Assembly (NCBI GenBank): GCA_963721455.1
Contig: CAVRJG010000052.1
Coordinates: 162,421-226,420, forward strand
Origin: an uncultured Methanosarcinaceae archaeon
Lineage (GTDB): Archaea > Halobacteriota > Methanosarcinia > Methanosarcinales > Methanosarcinaceae
DNA: 64,000 nt
Reading direction: 5' to 3'
Shown: one piece after another, positions 21,603 to 32,868 of the stretch
Position numbering within the stretch: the stretch's first letter is position 1
How the letters are laid out: each line of letters begins with the position of its first letter
Notes under the pieces: model-generated
The model's input: the letters and a program-made list of their open reading frames with translations, nothing else
Databases searched by the model: none
What the model was told of the DNA's origin: nothing
Translations under genes and position numbers: made by a program

Positions 21603-22298
21603 ATGCTAAATTTTTTTCGGAATAATTCAAATGTAAATGAAAAATCAGAAGATGTAAGTAAAGAAATTGCAGAACTTATTCTCAAGCAAGAGGATAAATT
21701 ACTCACTGTGTGCCAGGTATTTGAGCATTTGGAACCTGATCTTGCTTCCTGGCTTTTAGATACGATGAAGGCTCGTAAATCCACAAAATCTTTCACCGAA
21801 ATTGACATCTCGGAAATAGTAGCAAGCGGCAACATAATTCTGCCTGGGGATGTAATTATAAAAAAGAATAGAGATCCACGTCAAGGAGATTTTGTGGAAA
21901 TCAGATTCAGAAGCAACGATGGTTATGTGACTGAGATTGATAGAGTTCTGAAAATCAATATTAAGGAAGGCAGTTTGTTCGTTCAGGATGGATTGTATCC
22001 TGAAATAAAAGGTAACATTCATCTGGTAAATGTCATTTGGGTAATAGACAAGATAATTAAATATGAAGATCCTGAATGGGAAAAAATTACTCAGGCACTT
22101 GAAATCGAATATTATTTGGAGGACATTAAGATGAATTTGGAAGGGAGTATTGAATTTCTGGAAAAAAACGATAGTTTTTATGATAGAGAAAATACCTTAA
22201 AAAAATTATATGAAAGACTTGAGTTAGTAAATAGACATAGTTGTGAATTACCCCCGACTAAAGTCGGAGGCTTCCTGTTTCATTCCCCTCTCTTTTGA
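21603..22298 (+). CDS. Hypothetical protein; last ~18 codons come from the inserted tnpB element end
   Basis: GGGGG SD + ATG; the C-terminus after ..NRHS reads through the IS605-type right end. Confidence 0.6.
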   Translation: MLNFFRNNSNVNEKSEDVSKEIAELILKQEDKLLTVCQVFEHLEPDLASWLLDTMKARKSTKSFTEIDISEIVASGNIILPGDVIIKKNRDPRQGDFVEIRFRSNDGYVTEIDRVLKINIKEGSLFVQDGLYPEIKGNIHLVNVIWVIDKIIKYEDPEWEKITQALEIEYYLEDIKMNLEGSIEFLEKNDSFYDRENTLKKLYERLELVNRHSCELPPTKVGGFLFHSPLF

Positions 22299-22718
22299 GA
22301 GCGAGTCCACAGGCTCAATCCGCTATTCCGGCGGTGATTAATGCAAATTTTTTAATGTTGATAGCGGCGTTAATGTCCCGATCATGTTCTGCATTACATT
22401 CAGGACATTTCCAATCTCTATCAATTAACGTTAATTCGGAATTATGATAACCACAAACATTGCAGTTCTTAGAAGAAGGTTCAAACATGCCGATTTTCAA
22501 TATAGTTTTCCCAAACTGTTCAGCTTTATATGTTAGTTTCAGTACAAAACTACTCCATGCTGAATCTCCAATAGCTTGTGCAAGTTTGTGATTTCGCATC
22601 ATTCCACGAACATTTAAAGTTTCAACAGCTATTGCTTGGTTTTCGCTGATTAGCTTATTTGAAACTTTATGCTGGAAATCATGTCTCTGGTTAGAAATTT
22701 TTTCATGGATTAACTAAT
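22243..22718 (-). mobile_element. tnpB: IS200/IS605 remnant: 5'-truncated tnpB plus intact right end / omegaRNA region
   Basis: IAVETL (RuvC-II), C..C..C..C zinc finger and RDINAAINI (RuvC-III); GAAGCCTCCGACTTTAGTCGGGGGTAATTCAC hairpin end. Confidence 0.85.
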
Positions 22719-22766
22719 AATCACTTTACAGAAACTCTATCCTGTAGAAATCTGTAATGTATATTA

Positions 22767-22884
22767 TAGGACTTACGCGGTTGAACTGAGAAATCAATAG
22801 TATTAAACCTTCAACTGTATAAAACACTAACCCAATCACAACGCCTAATGTGCTTGATTTTGTACCTTACATGCGTAAGTCCTA
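22767..22884. mobile_element. ~118-bp MITE
   Basis: 12-bp TIR TAGGACTTACGC / GCGTAAGTCCTA; no ORF. Confidence 0.7.
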
Positions 22885-23342
22885 TGTTATTTAAAAGACT
22901 TGCGCGTTATCTTAATATTTGAATTTTCTTACTCCCACCCCAGATAACAATCAACAGCTTATGCTTAATATGCGCACTTCTCCGCAATTTTCGTTATCTT
23001 CTTTCTGGATTTCTTACATATTTCCGGGTTACCTGTTATCTTATCGATTTTTTCATATCCAGCCTGGATGAACGGGCAGTTGAATCTATAAATGTCGCAG
23101 CCGGCCTCTATTTTAATCCCTGTAGGTGTATATTTTGCACTGCCATGCTTTCACGCACTGACTCAACATAAATAAACAGACAAATTATTCTATAAATATA
23201 CGATTTAGACCAAATATTAATCTTTATTAATATAGTTTATTAAATTCTTATATAAACTTCATATTCTTTAATATATGCTAAAGTAAATATTACAGTGCCT
23301 GGAAACGTAATCTCCAGACAGCTTTATCTTAGGGGGAATATT

Positions 23343-24788
23343 ATGAAAATTAAAAATATGTTAATGATTTGTTTTTTAATTTCTTTGATATTAATATGTG
23401 CAGGAACGGCAACTGCAGCTGTAGCAGAGGGAAACGAGACTCAGATCACTACTGATGAAGCCGATCAAAGAAACTCTGCTATATCCGGTGACATGATAGT
23501 GTGGGAGGATTATCGCAATGGGGAAAGCTATGAAAATACTGATATCTATGCATACAACCTCTCCACTGGCCAGGAAATGAAGATAACCACCAATAAGTCA
23601 TTGAAGTACTCACCTGTTATCTATGGAGACAGGATAGCCTGGGAGGATAACCGCAATGGGAACTGGGATATCTACATTTACAACCTCTCCACTTCCAGAG
23701 AAACTCAGATCACTCTTAATGAATTAGATCAGTACTCTCCTGCTCTTTATGAGGACAGGATAGTCTGGCTGGATGGGCGCAACGGAGGAGGAAAACTGGA
23801 TGTTGACCACTGGCCTGGAGGAAACTGGGATGTCTACATGTACAACCTTTCCACTTCAAAGGGGACTCGAATAACTGCGAATGTATCCTGGAAGACTTCC
23901 CCTGCAATCTATGGAGACAAAATACTGTGGATAGATGGGCGTAACGGAGAGGGGCTGTATTCACATCAGATTGTGGATGGGGATATCTACATGTATGATC
24001 CCTCTACGTCGGAGGAAACTCAACTTGTTACTAATGTATCTTCTGACACCAGGCCTGATATCTATGGTGACAGATTTGTGTGGGAAGATAAGCGCAATCA
24101 AAACTCTGACATCTATATGTACGACCTTGTAAACTCTACGAAGGTTCAGATAACCGACAATGAATCCGAGCAGCGGTATCCTGCCATCTATGAAGACAGG
24201 ATCGTATGGACGGATTATCGCAATGGCAATGGATGGGATAATCCTGATGTCTATATGTACAACCTCTCCACTCCCAAAGAAATACAGATAACGACCAACG
24301 GATCTGAGCAGAGGGCAGATGATATCCACGGTGACAACATTGTATGGACAGATAACCGCAATGGGAACTACGATATCTATATGTTCACACCAGGGGCTTC
24401 TGAAGAAGAGCCTGTGAAGGAAGAACCTGTGAAGGAAGAACCTGTGAAGGAAGAACCTGTGGAAAAACAGTCGGTTGAAGCGAGTTATGTAGAAGAAACT
24501 GTGGAGCATGAGGCTGTTGAAGCAGATTCTATAGAAGAACTGAAAAAACTCAAAACACATGTGAACTTTTTAGACATAGAGCCATCTGCAAAGGATCTTC
24601 TCAATGCAAAACTCGGGTATGTTATCCAGTATCTTGAAGCTGGAGATACCGAGGCTGCCCTGGATAAGCTTGGTTTTTATATTGAATGTGTCTCAAAAAT
24701 GGAAATGAAAGGTAGAATCGAAAGCGGAGAGGCATATTATATAATCAGCGAGGCAGAGAGAATTTTCGATATGATAAGGAGTTCTTGA
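23343..24788 (+). CDS. Secreted beta-propeller-repeat (TolB-like, methanogen type) surface protein with EEPVK linker
   Basis: Signal peptide; about 7 repeats of P.IYGD.IVW.D.RNG..DIY.Y.LST; 15-bp GAAGAACCTGTGAAG tandem near 24402-24462. Confidence 0.85.
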   Translation: MKIKNMLMICFLISLILICAGTATAAVAEGNETQITTDEADQRNSAISGDMIVWEDYRNGESYENTDIYAYNLSTGQEMKITTNKSLKYSPVIYGDRIAWEDNRNGNWDIYIYNLSTSRETQITLNELDQYSPALYEDRIVWLDGRNGGGKLDVDHWPGGNWDVYMYNLSTSKGTRITANVSWKTSPAIYGDKILWIDGRNGEGLYSHQIVDGDIYMYDPSTSEETQLVTNVSSDTRPDIYGDRFVWEDKRNQNSDIYMYDLVNSTKVQITDNESEQRYPAIYEDRIVWTDYRNGNGWDNPDVYMYNLSTPKEIQITTNGSEQRADDIHGDNIVWTDNRNGNYDIYMFTPGASEEEPVKEEPVKEEPVKEEPVEKQSVEASYVEETVEHEAVEADSIEELKKLKTHVNFLDIEPSAKDLLNAKLGYVIQYLEAGDTEAALDKLGFYIECVSKMEMKGRIESGEAYYIISEAERIFDMIRSS

Positions 24789-25337
24789 AGATTTCACAGG
24801 ATAAGATACAGCATTTGTGTATAACAAGGCGTTTGTTTATAACAAGGCGTTTGTTTATAACATGCAGCGTTTATAGAATATACACTGTTTGTCTAAATTA
24901 TACGTGGTGTATCCCTTGCGGTTCACCACCTTCTATTTCTCTCAACTCAGGCATTTCAGTACTGAAAATTATTTCATAAAACCATACTGTTCTTCCTTAC
25001 CGGCATGCCAGGTGCTCAAGTATCCTGTCATCCTGATACCAGGTTCTATCAGGCATGTCTGTTGACATTACATGAACTTTCTTACTAACAAGTAAAATAA
25101 AACGATAAAGCAAAGAATAAGGAATAAATGCATCAATACTCCAAGCATTACTTCAGAACTTACGTTGCGGTCTTTTAAATATGGAACATTTTGTTTCAAA
25201 CTGGAGAGGAAATTTCCAAGAAAGTTTGCCATAGTTATACAATAATTTTTTCCCATATATAGAATTATAGTTTTGAACCAGTGCAGCCTCTCCGGAAATA
25301 AATAATTTGGTTTACTTTAACATCGCTACCTTTTTCC

Positions 25338-26533
25338 GGTAGTGTCCCCAAATCATTGACTTAATTTTATATAATCTTGAATCTGTTATTATTTGGGGCA
25401 TTGGAATCACTTCTGAAATCGATTTTTCACAATTTTTTTGCTGGAACAAAGATTGTCCTGATTATGGAATCAAAAATCAAGGGAATATAGTCCTTAAAGA
25501 GAGATACGGTAAAAATAATCATGCACTCCTTAAATGTAAAACCTGTAATCACTGCTTAGTGAAACTAGAGGTACAGTATTTTTCGGACTTGATACTCCTG
25601 AGGAAGAAGTTCTAAGAACCTTGGCTATGATTCCTGAGAAAGGAAGTATTCGTGGAGTTGCAAGAGCTACTGGACATAGTAAAAACACAATTTGTAGATG
25701 GCTCGATATTGCGGGAACTCATTCAAAAGAAGTTACAACTTATTTCCTCACAAATCTTAATCTTAAGGAAGTAGAGGTTGATGAGATCTGGTCATATATA
25801 AAAAAAGCAAAAAAATGTAACTGAAGAGGATCCTGAAGAGTATGGTGACGTATACTCACTTACAGCAATAAAAAGTGACACAAGATTGTTCCTTTTCCAT
25901 CATGAAGGAAAACGTAGTACAGAGGATGCTATAGAATTATTTGACGAAGTTGAGAAGATGCGTTCCACATCTTCACCTATTCCTGTATTTTCCTCGGATG
26001 ATTGGGATGCCTTTGAAGAAGGGCTTATAAATGTTTATGGTAAAATTGAGTTGCCACAATACAAAGGTATTGGGAGAAGACCACTACCGAAACTGGTTCC
26101 ACTTGACGATTTAAAATATGTCAAGGTATTAAAGAAAAAGATAAAAAATTATGTAGTTGGAACACTTCAAAGTATCATTTTTGGAGATCCTGAAGAAATA
26201 TTCGAAATGCTTGGAGCGAATTCGGATAGTTATATTGGTACTTCATATGTAGAAAGGATAAATCTTACAATTCGGACATCTCTTGCAAGATTTATACGGA
26301 AAGGAATGAATTTCAGTAAAACCATAAAGATGCATCAGAAGGCTTTTGATTTTTTCCAGGCATGGTATAACTTTATAAAACCCCATAAGTCTCTAAAATT
26401 AAAAATAGACTCTGGAAATAGAAAATGGTTCCAAAGAACTCCAGCAATGGCAGAAGGAATAACTGATCACATGTGGAATTTAAAGGAATTACTAACTTAT
26501 AGGGTTCCTGTTCAATAACTTGGGGACACGACC
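25338..26533 (+). mobile_element. IS1-family IS with 8-bp TSD
   Basis: TIRs GGTAGTGTCCCCAAATCATTGA / TCAATAACTTGGGGACACGACC; TSD CTTTTTCC on both sides; Zn-ribbon + HTH + EVDEIWSYI; A-run frameshift site near 25800; extra frameshift near 25558. Confidence 0.92.
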
Positions 26534-26542
26534 CTTTTTCCT

Positions 26543-27196
26543 TCAATCAAGCAATATCAGTGTGAAAGGCGAGGGAGCTGTATCATCCATTGGGAATTTC
26601 TGCAGGGGAGTACCGATTTTTTCAAGGGTTCTATCCATTCTGATGCCAAGTCCCATAAGGCACGGCCTGCGGAGAGTCGGGTGGTGGCAGGGACCTTTCT
26701 CTCCGGCGCATTTTACGCTCGAGTAGTCGCTTGTAGCGCACCAGGTACACATGCCTGGAAAGGTTGCGAGAGCAGTATTATAACCAAGTGTCCATGCGAG
26801 CTTTTCAAGCTCCAGAACTCCGGGCTGGATCGTTTCTTTGCGGTCTTTCAATATTGTTTTCAGATTATTCTGGAATTTTTGTTTTACGGTTTCATCTTCA
26901 GGTGTTTCGACGCTGAATTTTACGAAGTTCTCGCTGACCTCCTTGGAAAAAACGTTCTCAGACTTCCACTCAACAAGAAGGGCAGATTTATAGTCTGCAA
27001 GCATTTTTTTAAATTCACTTACTGTGGGGATATAAGGAGGACAGACCCGGCTTCCGTAACCATTGCATCCGAAAATACATTTTAAAACGGTTCGGTCTTC
27101 GACCACGATATCTTCTGCAGGAAACAGCTTTACACTCTTTGCTCCCAGTTCTTTTGCCTTTTCTTCCAGCTTCTCGTAATTTTCGTTACTTATCAT
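26543..27196 (-). CDS. DUF2284 Cys-rich metal-binding protein
   Basis: KC.FGC.GYG...CPPY, GMCTWC, C.HP...RP.L.GLGI. Confidence 0.8.
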   Translation of the reverse strand: MISNENYEKLEEKAKELGAKSVKLFPAEDIVVEDRTVLKCIFGCNGYGSRVCPPYIPTVSEFKKMLADYKSALLVEWKSENVFSKEVSENFVKFSVETPEDETVKQKFQNNLKTILKDRKETIQPGVLELEKLAWTLGYNTALATFPGMCTWCATSDYSSVKCAGEKGPCHHPTLRRPCLMGLGIRMDRTLEKIGTPLQKFPMDDTAPSPFTLILLD

Positions 27197-27346
27197 TATC
27201 TTTATATTATAATTTTTAGGGAAAAATAGTTTTGCAGTATAAACCGATTTTTCAGGTCAACTTTTTCATGTTAGCTGAGCTTTTCACTTCCCAAACCCCG
27301 ATGCTGTTATATTTCTTGCGGGAAAATAAAGTAATTGGGATTCTGC

Positions 27347-27796
27347 ATGGGGAACGTTAGTTTTAAGAAAATAATGGTTGCAACCGACGGCTCGGTCTGC
27401 TCAAGGCTTGCTGCCAACAAAGGGATAGAACTTGCCAGGTTGAGCGGAGGGACGGTTTACGCAGTTTATGTAGTATCAACTGAATACTTTTCTTCGATGG
27501 CTGTGGATTTTGACTGGGAGAGAATGCATGAGGCGTTGAAAAAAGATGGATGCAAAGCCGTAAATTATGTAAAAGGAATAGGAGAGCTGGAAAACGTCAA
27601 TGTAAAGTCTATCCTGCTTGAAGGACATCCTGCGGATGAACTTATCCGGTACGCAGGAGAAAATGAGATGGATATCATTGTTATGGGCACTCTGGGCAAA
27701 ACAGGATTGGACAGGCTGCTTCTGGGCAGCGTTGCTGGAAACGTGGTCAGGCACTCGAAAGTGCCTGTTATGGTTGTAAGAGAAAAGTGTAAGTAA
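27347..27796 (+). CDS. uspA: Universal stress protein
   Basis: IMVATDGS, GHPA, DIIVMGT.GKTG, LLGSVA and PVMVV motifs. Confidence 0.92.
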   Translation: MGNVSFKKIMVATDGSVCSRLAANKGIELARLSGGTVYAVYVVSTEYFSSMAVDFDWERMHEALKKDGCKAVNYVKGIGELENVNVKSILLEGHPADELIRYAGENEMDIIVMGTLGKTGLDRLLLGSVAGNVVRHSKVPVMVVREKCK

Positions 27797-27906
27797 TGGT
27801 GAGTCTTTTGGCCGGATAAATCCTGAGGCTGGGCCCATGAAAACTATAACTTGCAGCCTCTGGATTTTGAATTTCCTCTTACTTCTTTTCTTCGGCTTTT
27901 TGCTTC

Positions 27907-29364
27907 TCACCCTTCAATTTTCTTTTTCACGGCTGCAGCGGCGTTTTCCGGGGAGCCGGTTTCCCAGAGTTTCCTGACTTTAGCACTCCTGAGTGCCGGC
28001 GTTAAGGCATCAAGCTTTGCCTGCACGGCTGCAAGCATTTCCTCATTAATGCAAGGGGGCTCGATTCCCATGAATTTCTGGGCTTTAAGTGTCTCGGTTT
28101 CCCTGAAAACCGCACGATCGACTCCTGTTCTGACTCCTGTCTTCAGGGACTCGATTGCATCCTTCCACTGGGCAGCCCAGGGAGTATCAGGAATTTCGGT
28201 ATGGTGGACATCAGTCCTTTCCACTTTGATAGCCGCAAGGTGGCACGCTTTTACGCAGGCTCCGCAGTAGGTGCAGAAATCTGCCGCAAACGCAATCTTT
28301 CGCGGGTCTTCAGGATCTTTGGGCACGTACCAGAGATTCGAGGGGCAAACATTGAAGCAGCCACGGCAGCCCTGAGGATCGCACTCTTTCAGATTAACTT
28401 CTATAAGGCTCAGTTCCCCTTCCATGGGTTTTTGCAGGTCCACGGCTTCGTAGGGACAGACAGCCTTACAACGGGCACACTGCGTACATTTCAGTTCGTC
28501 CACCTTGACTTTCCCCTCAACTTTCGGAGCCTCGCAGGGGCGTTCCCCTTTGACCTTTATTGCCTCTTCCGGGCAGAGGTCCTGGCAGAGCACACAGTAG
28601 TCGCATTTGTCCTCATCCACAAGGATTTGCTCAAAGGGCACAGGATTTTCAGGAGTTGGTTCGCGTTCGAGCAGGATAAAAGCATCACAGAAACGAGCAC
28701 AGATCCCACAGAAATTACATTTATCAGTGTCAATTTCGATCTCTCCTTCTGCCCCTTCCTTGAAGGGGGCTATCTCCTCTTTTTTCGGAAAGGTGAACTC
28801 AACTTCGATTGCGTCCTGAGGGCACGCTCCCTCACAGAGAGCACAGGGAAGGCATTTTTCATTGATCTTTACATACGTGTCGTACTTTGGGTACTGCTTT
28901 TCATCAGGGACTTCTCCGATAGCCTCAAAGGTGATGGCGTGGACAGGGCAGAGATTTGAACACATCCTGCAGAAGGTGCACTTTTCAAGGTCCATCATTA
29001 CTGGAGGAGCGTCAAGCCCGGTTGCAATTTCATGTATGGGCCCGAGTTCAAGGGCTTTCGTGGGGCAGATTTCTACACAGATTCCGCAGCCGTTGCAGCG
29101 CTTGTAGTCATAGTCAAGATTCTTGATGGACTTCTCGGTTGACTGGGTATAGATAAAATGGGAACCCTGAAGGTCCATGCCGGTTGTAACAGTAATCTTT
29201 TCCTGATTTTTTTCCTGTTTTTCACTCTCTACAGTATCGGGCCCTTCGGCTTCGGACTCCCCTGCCTCGAATTCTTCGGTCTCGGGCTCCTCAGCTTCAT
29301 TTTCTCCGGCTCCGCAGCATCCTCTGCATACGTGAACCTCCTGTTCAGGGTGTTCCTCGCTCAC
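27907..29364 (-). CDS. Polyferredoxin (about 8 [4Fe-4S]; FwdF/MvhB-like) coupled to hdrA
   Basis: Many CxxCxxCxxxCP motifs; GTGA overlap with the hdrA stop. Confidence 0.88.
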   Translation of the reverse strand: MSEEHPEQEVHVCRGCCGAGENEAEEPETEEFEAGESEAEGPDTVESEKQEKNQEKITVTTGMDLQGSHFIYTQSTEKSIKNLDYDYKRCNGCGICVEICPTKALELGPIHEIATGLDAPPVMMDLEKCTFCRMCSNLCPVHAITFEAIGEVPDEKQYPKYDTYVKINEKCLPCALCEGACPQDAIEVEFTFPKKEEIAPFKEGAEGEIEIDTDKCNFCGICARFCDAFILLEREPTPENPVPFEQILVDEDKCDYCVLCQDLCPEEAIKVKGERPCEAPKVEGKVKVDELKCTQCARCKAVCPYEAVDLQKPMEGELSLIEVNLKECDPQGCRGCFNVCPSNLWYVPKDPEDPRKIAFAADFCTYCGACVKACHLAAIKVERTDVHHTEIPDTPWAAQWKDAIESLKTGVRTGVDRAVFRETETLKAQKFMGIEPPCINEEMLAAVQAKLDALTPALRSAKVRKLWETGSPENAAAAVKKKIEG

Positions 29365-31742
29365 TGTGCCACCTCCCCAAGTTCGGTTCCGGTTTCATCA
29401 TGTCTGAGCTCGGTGCCTATTGGCCCGATTTCTTCAAGTTCCTTTACAAACTCAGTAATCGTGTTCGAGAAGCGTTCTCCTTCGGCAGCCGAGATCCAGA
29501 GGGTTCTGAGCCTTCTCGGATCAAGCCCGACTTCCTTTATAACTTCTTTTAAGACATCCATCCTTTGTTTTGCATCAAAATTCCCGTGGATATAGTGGCA
29601 CTCGTCCATCCGGCAGCCTGCGACCAGCACCCCGTCGGCTCCGCCTTTTAAGGCTTCAAGCACGAACTCCGGGTTTACCCTCGCAGAGCACATTGTGCGG
29701 ATGACTCTGATATTTGTCGGGTAATGCAGCCTGGACATGCCTGTGAGATCCGCACAGGCATAACTGCACCAGTTGCAGAGAAAAGCCACAATGAAAGGAC
29801 TCTGGGACTTGTGCGCAGTTGCAGCCTTTATCTGGGCAAAAATCTGCTCGTTTTCGAAATTCCGCATCTGGATTGCTCCTACAGGACATGCGGCACTGCA
29901 GTCTCCGCAACCATAACATGAGACCTCATCTACCACAGCTTTTTTGTCCTCAATGCTGATCTTCCCGAACTTGCAGACGTCTACACAGGTCCTGCAGCCT
30001 ATGCATTTATCAGAATCAACATGTGCACCCATCGGATCTGCTTCAAGCTCGCCTGTACCCAGCAGCTGCATGACCTTGGAAGCGCATGCACTCCCCTGCG
30101 CAATCGAAACCTGAATTTCTTTGGGTCCGGAGGCACAGCCTGCAAGGAAAACCCCGCTTACAGGGGCATCAACAGGGCGCATTTTCGGGTGGGCACTTGC
30201 AAAGAAACGATCCGGCCGCCGTGAAAGATTTAACATCCTGCCTATGCCTTCTGCCGCTTTGCTGGGCTCGTAACCCGTTGAAAGCACAACAAGGTCATAG
30301 GCCTCTTCTTCGATCCGGGATTCCAGGGTATTTTCATAACGGAGTACAGGCCTGCCGTCTTCGCCTGCGTAGATTTCAGCAACTTTCCCGCGAATGAAAT
30401 CCACGCCCATTGCCTGCGTCCTTACATAATATTCCTCATACATCTCCCCTGCAGCCCGGATGTCAATATAGTGGATGGTTACCTCAGTATCAGGGTAGCG
30501 TTCCCTGATCATCTGGGAGTTCTTAAGCGCTGCCATACAGCAGACCCTTGAACAGTACTCATTGCCAACGGTTTTGTCCCTGGACCCGACACACTGGATG
30601 AATGCTACGCTTTTTGGGGGTTTGCCCGTAGAAGGCACAAGGACTCTTCCGCCTGTAGGCCCTGCAGAATTAAGCATGCGCTCAAGCTGCATATTTGTTA
30701 TAACATCAGGATATTTTCCAAACCCATATTCCTTTTTCCTGGACGCATCAAAGAGCTGGTAACCGGTTGAAACGATTACTGCTCCGGCTTCAAACACAAT
30801 CTCTTCAGGTTTCTGCTCGTAATCCACAGCTTCTGCAGGGCAGGCCTGCATACAGAGCCCGCAACCGACACAGTGGTCAGGGTCAATGAGCACTACCTGG
30901 GGTACGGACTGGGGAATTGGCATATATATGGCTCTGGTCTTTCCAACCCCGTAATTCATCGGGTTTTCGATTTCTACAGGACAGACAGCCGAGCAGAGGT
31001 CTACGCAGCCTTTGCATTTGTCTTCAATTATGAATCTTGGTTTGCGTTTGACTTTTACATGGAATTTGCCGACAGATCCGGAAATATCGGTAACCTCGGA
31101 ATATGTATAAAGAGTGATATTAGGGTGGTTCTGAACGTCCGTCATTTTAGGGGCGAGCACGCAGATAGAGCAGTCATTTGTGGGAAAGACCTCGTTCATC
31201 AGGGCCATTTTGCCTCCGATCGTAGATTCCCTTTCCACCATTGTGACTGGAAAACCGGCATCTGCAAGGTTCAGGGCTGCCTCGATTCCAGCAACTCCTC
31301 CCCCTATGACCAGGACATTTTTGCTGGCTTTAGAGCTTGTTGCGCTCAGCTCCTTGAGGAATTTTGCCTTTGCAACTCCCATCCTGATCAGGTCGAGAGC
31401 TTTCTGGGTCGCCATCTGGGGGTCATCTGCGTGCACCCAGGAGCACTGTTCCCTTATGTTTACCATTTCCATAAGGTAAGGGTTCAGACCGGCTTTTTCC
31501 ATCACATGCCTGAAGGTCTTTTCGTGCAGCCTTGGGGAGCAGGCAGCTATCACGACTCTGTCGATTTTGTTTTCTTTTATGTCCTTAATGATGCCTTCCT
31601 GTCCGGAATCGGAACACAGAAACTGTACTTCCCGGGCAAGCACCACATCTTCCAGTTCGGCTGCCATTTCCTGCAGGGCCGCCACATCTATTACTCCCGC
31701 AATATTCAGTCCGCAGTGGCAAATATAAACTCCGATTCGCAT
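29361..31742 (-). CDS. hdrA: Heterodisulfide reductase subunit A fused to MvhD (HdrA2 type)
   Basis: IGVYICHCG, ACSPRLHE, NIREQCSWVH, GGGVAG and CSRVCC; C-terminal FLCNWCSY...C...CHY MvhD domain. Confidence 0.95.
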   Translation of the reverse strand: MRIGVYICHCGLNIAGVIDVAALQEMAAELEDVVLAREVQFLCSDSGQEGIIKDIKENKIDRVVIAACSPRLHEKTFRHVMEKAGLNPYLMEMVNIREQCSWVHADDPQMATQKALDLIRMGVAKAKFLKELSATSSKASKNVLVIGGGVAGIEAALNLADAGFPVTMVERESTIGGKMALMNEVFPTNDCSICVLAPKMTDVQNHPNITLYTYSEVTDISGSVGKFHVKVKRKPRFIIEDKCKGCVDLCSAVCPVEIENPMNYGVGKTRAIYMPIPQSVPQVVLIDPDHCVGCGLCMQACPAEAVDYEQKPEEIVFEAGAVIVSTGYQLFDASRKKEYGFGKYPDVITNMQLERMLNSAGPTGGRVLVPSTGKPPKSVAFIQCVGSRDKTVGNEYCSRVCCMAALKNSQMIRERYPDTEVTIHYIDIRAAGEMYEEYYVRTQAMGVDFIRGKVAEIYAGEDGRPVLRYENTLESRIEEEAYDLVVLSTGYEPSKAAEGIGRMLNLSRRPDRFFASAHPKMRPVDAPVSGVFLAGCASGPKEIQVSIAQGSACASKVMQLLGTGELEADPMGAHVDSDKCIGCRTCVDVCKFGKISIEDKKAVVDEVSCYGCGDCSAACPVGAIQMRNFENEQIFAQIKAATAHKSQSPFIVAFLCNWCSYACADLTGMSRLHYPTNIRVIRTMCSARVNPEFVLEALKGGADGVLVAGCRMDECHYIHGNFDAKQRMDVLKEVIKEVGLDPRRLRTLWISAAEGERFSNTITEFVKELEEIGPIGTELRHDETGTELGEVAQ

Positions 31743-32657
31743 ATTGGTGACTCCGTATACCTTTGGTAATGTTAACAATTATGCTATGATATAGCTTTTG
31801 ACATATTTTTACATATAAATTGCAGGTTATAATTTCTGGGTTATAATTAAGGGCTGTGTATCCAAAGCATTTTGCCATACAGAAAAGTCAAGCTTGGTAC
31901 AGCTCCTCAATAAAGGCCTTTTTTAAACTGAAAACAATTTTATCTATTTTAGATTCGTGAATTTGTTATTTACTAACTAATTTGTTATTTACTCATTAGT
32001 TGGTTAGTTACTATGAATTTGTTACTTTTATGTATCCTATACTTTTTCTGATGAACTGAATAAAAATATATGTTTTTTGTACAAAATCAAAACCTTTATT
32101 TTATAAGGGTTTTCCAAATTTATTGAAAGTTGATTAAATACTTTAGAAACCAGAGATATTTCCAAAAATTTCAATGATTCTGTTATTGTTAATTATCACT
32201 GGTTGAATGCACGCCTTGAAATTAACTAACTGAAATTAACTAACTCAAATTTGTGAGTTAGCATTTATATATAAGTTTATCAATTACAGTCTATTTATAT
32301 AATAGAAATTATATTTATTAATATATTAACTTTCTGATCCATCTGAAGCTCAACCAAATTAACTGGTATTTAACTCAGTAACCTGAACCTCAGACTGTCA
32401 ATTGCACCTTACCTGATACCTGTGTGATTCTGATACCTGCGCGGTCATGGACAAAAACCTTAATTCCATTGAACCTGCCTTATTACTGGGGTTTTACCAA
32501 TTGATTTATAGTTTGAAAGCTTAATTCGTAATCGACAAGCCAGTTTTCAATAAGCCGATTTTAAACCGGTACTTCAAAAAAGTTATAGCAGAAAAGTGGT
32601 TATATGGTAGTGAATGAGATAACTCCTGTAGAAAAAGCCATTTCTATGACTGACCTG

Positions 32658-32742
32658 GATAAAATTGAAGTTATTATACTATACAAATTGAAGTGATTTG
32701 CTATAAATTGAAATTATTACGCTATAAATTGAAATTATTATA
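32658..32742. repeat. 3-4 imperfect ~21-bp direct repeats (GCTATAAATTGAAATTATTA) upstream of FTR
   Basis: Exact copies at 32700 and 32721; degenerate copies upstream. Confidence 0.6.
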
Positions 32743-32868
32743 TAAATAATTCATATAACTTAAAATACTCCCATTTTATAAACGGCTCGGGTATATTCTT
32801 CTCACAACAAATTCTTCTCATCAGTAATCCAGGATTGTTTCAATTTAAGAGCAAAAGGAGTTTTTTGT

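Noticed and set aside
27851-31769. Long antisense ORFs over the polyferredoxin/hdrA genes, and similar ones over HDAC, hydantoinase and thyA
   Set aside because: These are shadow frames of well-supported genes with no recognisable motifs
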